NCBI GenBank assembly: GCA_964542545.1
Contig: CAZIUT010000001.1
Location: 1-46,260 of the forward strand
Direction of reading: 5' to 3'
Length of the DNA stretch: 46,260 bases
Origin: an uncultured Dysgonomonadaceae bacterium
GTDB lineage: Bacteria; Bacteroidota; Bacteroidia; Bacteroidales; Dysgonomonadaceae
Both the position numbers and the translations under genes were made by a program. Each line of letters starts with the position of its first letter. The stretch's first letter is position 1. This document shows, piece after piece, positions 45,647 to 46,260 of this stretch. Under the pieces are notes generated by a model. The model was not told where the DNA came from. It made no database searches and saw only the letters and a program-made list of their open reading frames with translations.

Positions 45647-46260
45647 CTATTGTTCTGTGAGGTAGGTTAAAACCGGATAGTGGTCGGAGTATTTCACCCT
45701 ATCTATCGTGGTTTTGTGTGCCTTCAGGTTATTGCTGTGCAATATATAATCTATTCTAAAGAGAAACATATTTTCGTAGTAGGTTATTCCGGGTCCAAGT
45801 CCTGTAGATGTGTAAGCATCTGTGAGGCTACCTTTCATTTTTTTGTAAGCATAAGAAATGGGCATATCATTGAAGTCGCCACAAACCAATAGTTTGTCAT
45901 ATTTTTGATGGTTAATATAGTCAGATATTTGTTGTACTTGTGTAGCTCTTTTGCTGTAACCCCGTCCCATGCGCTTTTTTATGTTTGAGGTAACTTTTAA
46001 TGCTGTTGGGGAGTCTCTTTTTGTAAGGAAATCACTGTACAGTTTTTTGTCCGATGATGATATTTTATTTGATTCCAGGTGATTGTTCGAAACTAAATAT
46101 GTTTCTCCATTCACGTCTATTGTGTATACTACTGCACCGTTGTATGAAGATTTAAAAGTAAATTCGTGCGTGTTAGTAATAGGGTATTTTGAAAAACACG
46201 CAAGCCCATAAGTATGATATTTACCCGAGTATTCTAGTCCAGTGATAGAGCGATAGGGAT
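45647..46260 (-). CDS. Endonuclease/exonuclease/phosphatase (EEP) family protein; N-terminus lies beyond the window
   Basis: The frame stays open from 46114 to the window edge (…PYRSITGLEYSGKYHTYGLACFSKYPITNTHEFTF…). C-terminal GDFND, IDYIL and SDHYPV are EEP motifs. Confidence 0.75.
   Translation of the reverse strand, partial: PYRSITGLEYSGKYHTYGLACFSKYPITNTHEFTFKSSYNGAVVYTIDVNGETYLVSNNHLESNKISSSDKKLYSDFLTKRDSPTALKVTSNIKKRMGRGYSKRATQVQQISDYINHQKYDKLLVCGDFNDMPISYAYKKMKGSLTDAYTSTGLGPGITYYENMFLFRIDYILHSNNLKAHKTTIDRVKYSDHYPVLTYLTEQ

Noticed and set aside
1-46260. Search for CRISPR repeats, transposase/integrase genes, long inverted or direct repeats, and defence-system or toxin-antitoxin gene pairs
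   Set aside because: None found. All large ORFs are accounted for by housekeeping, metabolic or conserved-DUF genes, and the only repeats are short (an 18-nt tandem in rluF and a 24-nt repeat in rex).

Overview
This AT-rich window looks like core chromosome from a Bacteroidota, probably Bacteroidales-like, organism. Evidence for that is the gene content (dnaE, trxA, ispF, rex, asd, rnz, lpdA, rluF, and the DUF2851, DUF3108 and DUF2795 families) and repeated TAnnTTTG '-7' promoter boxes 30-65 nt upstream of start codons. I found no CRISPR array, transposase, integrase, phage genes, tRNA or rRNA.

Main points:
1. The most novel-looking element is a candidate ribosome-mediated attenuator at 35844-35993, upstream of a four-gene aromatic amino-acid operon (pheA, aminotransferase, DAHP synthase/chorismate mutase, tyrA). 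It has a 21-codon leader ORF with the run YFYFYFYFF. Its stop codon abuts a 9-nt segment that can pair with the left arm of a 13-bp terminator followed by a U7 tract.
2. An 8.5-kb block of seven co-directional oxidoreductase genes (1185-9653, minus strand) covers six enzyme superfamilies; one of the seven is decayed.
3. Three decayed genes lie in the window: an SDR, kdgK and gpmA. Together they carry in-frame stops, homopolymer frameshifts and an internal deletion.
4. A znuA-znuC pair has no permease gene; a DUF456 membrane protein sits in that position.
5. Smaller oddities: an RGG/PGG repeat tail on RluF, an internal 24-nt repeat in the Rex HTH region, an exported ABM protein, and a possibly leaderless UDG-family gene.

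All functional calls come from reading the translated ORFs for family motifs. No database search was run.
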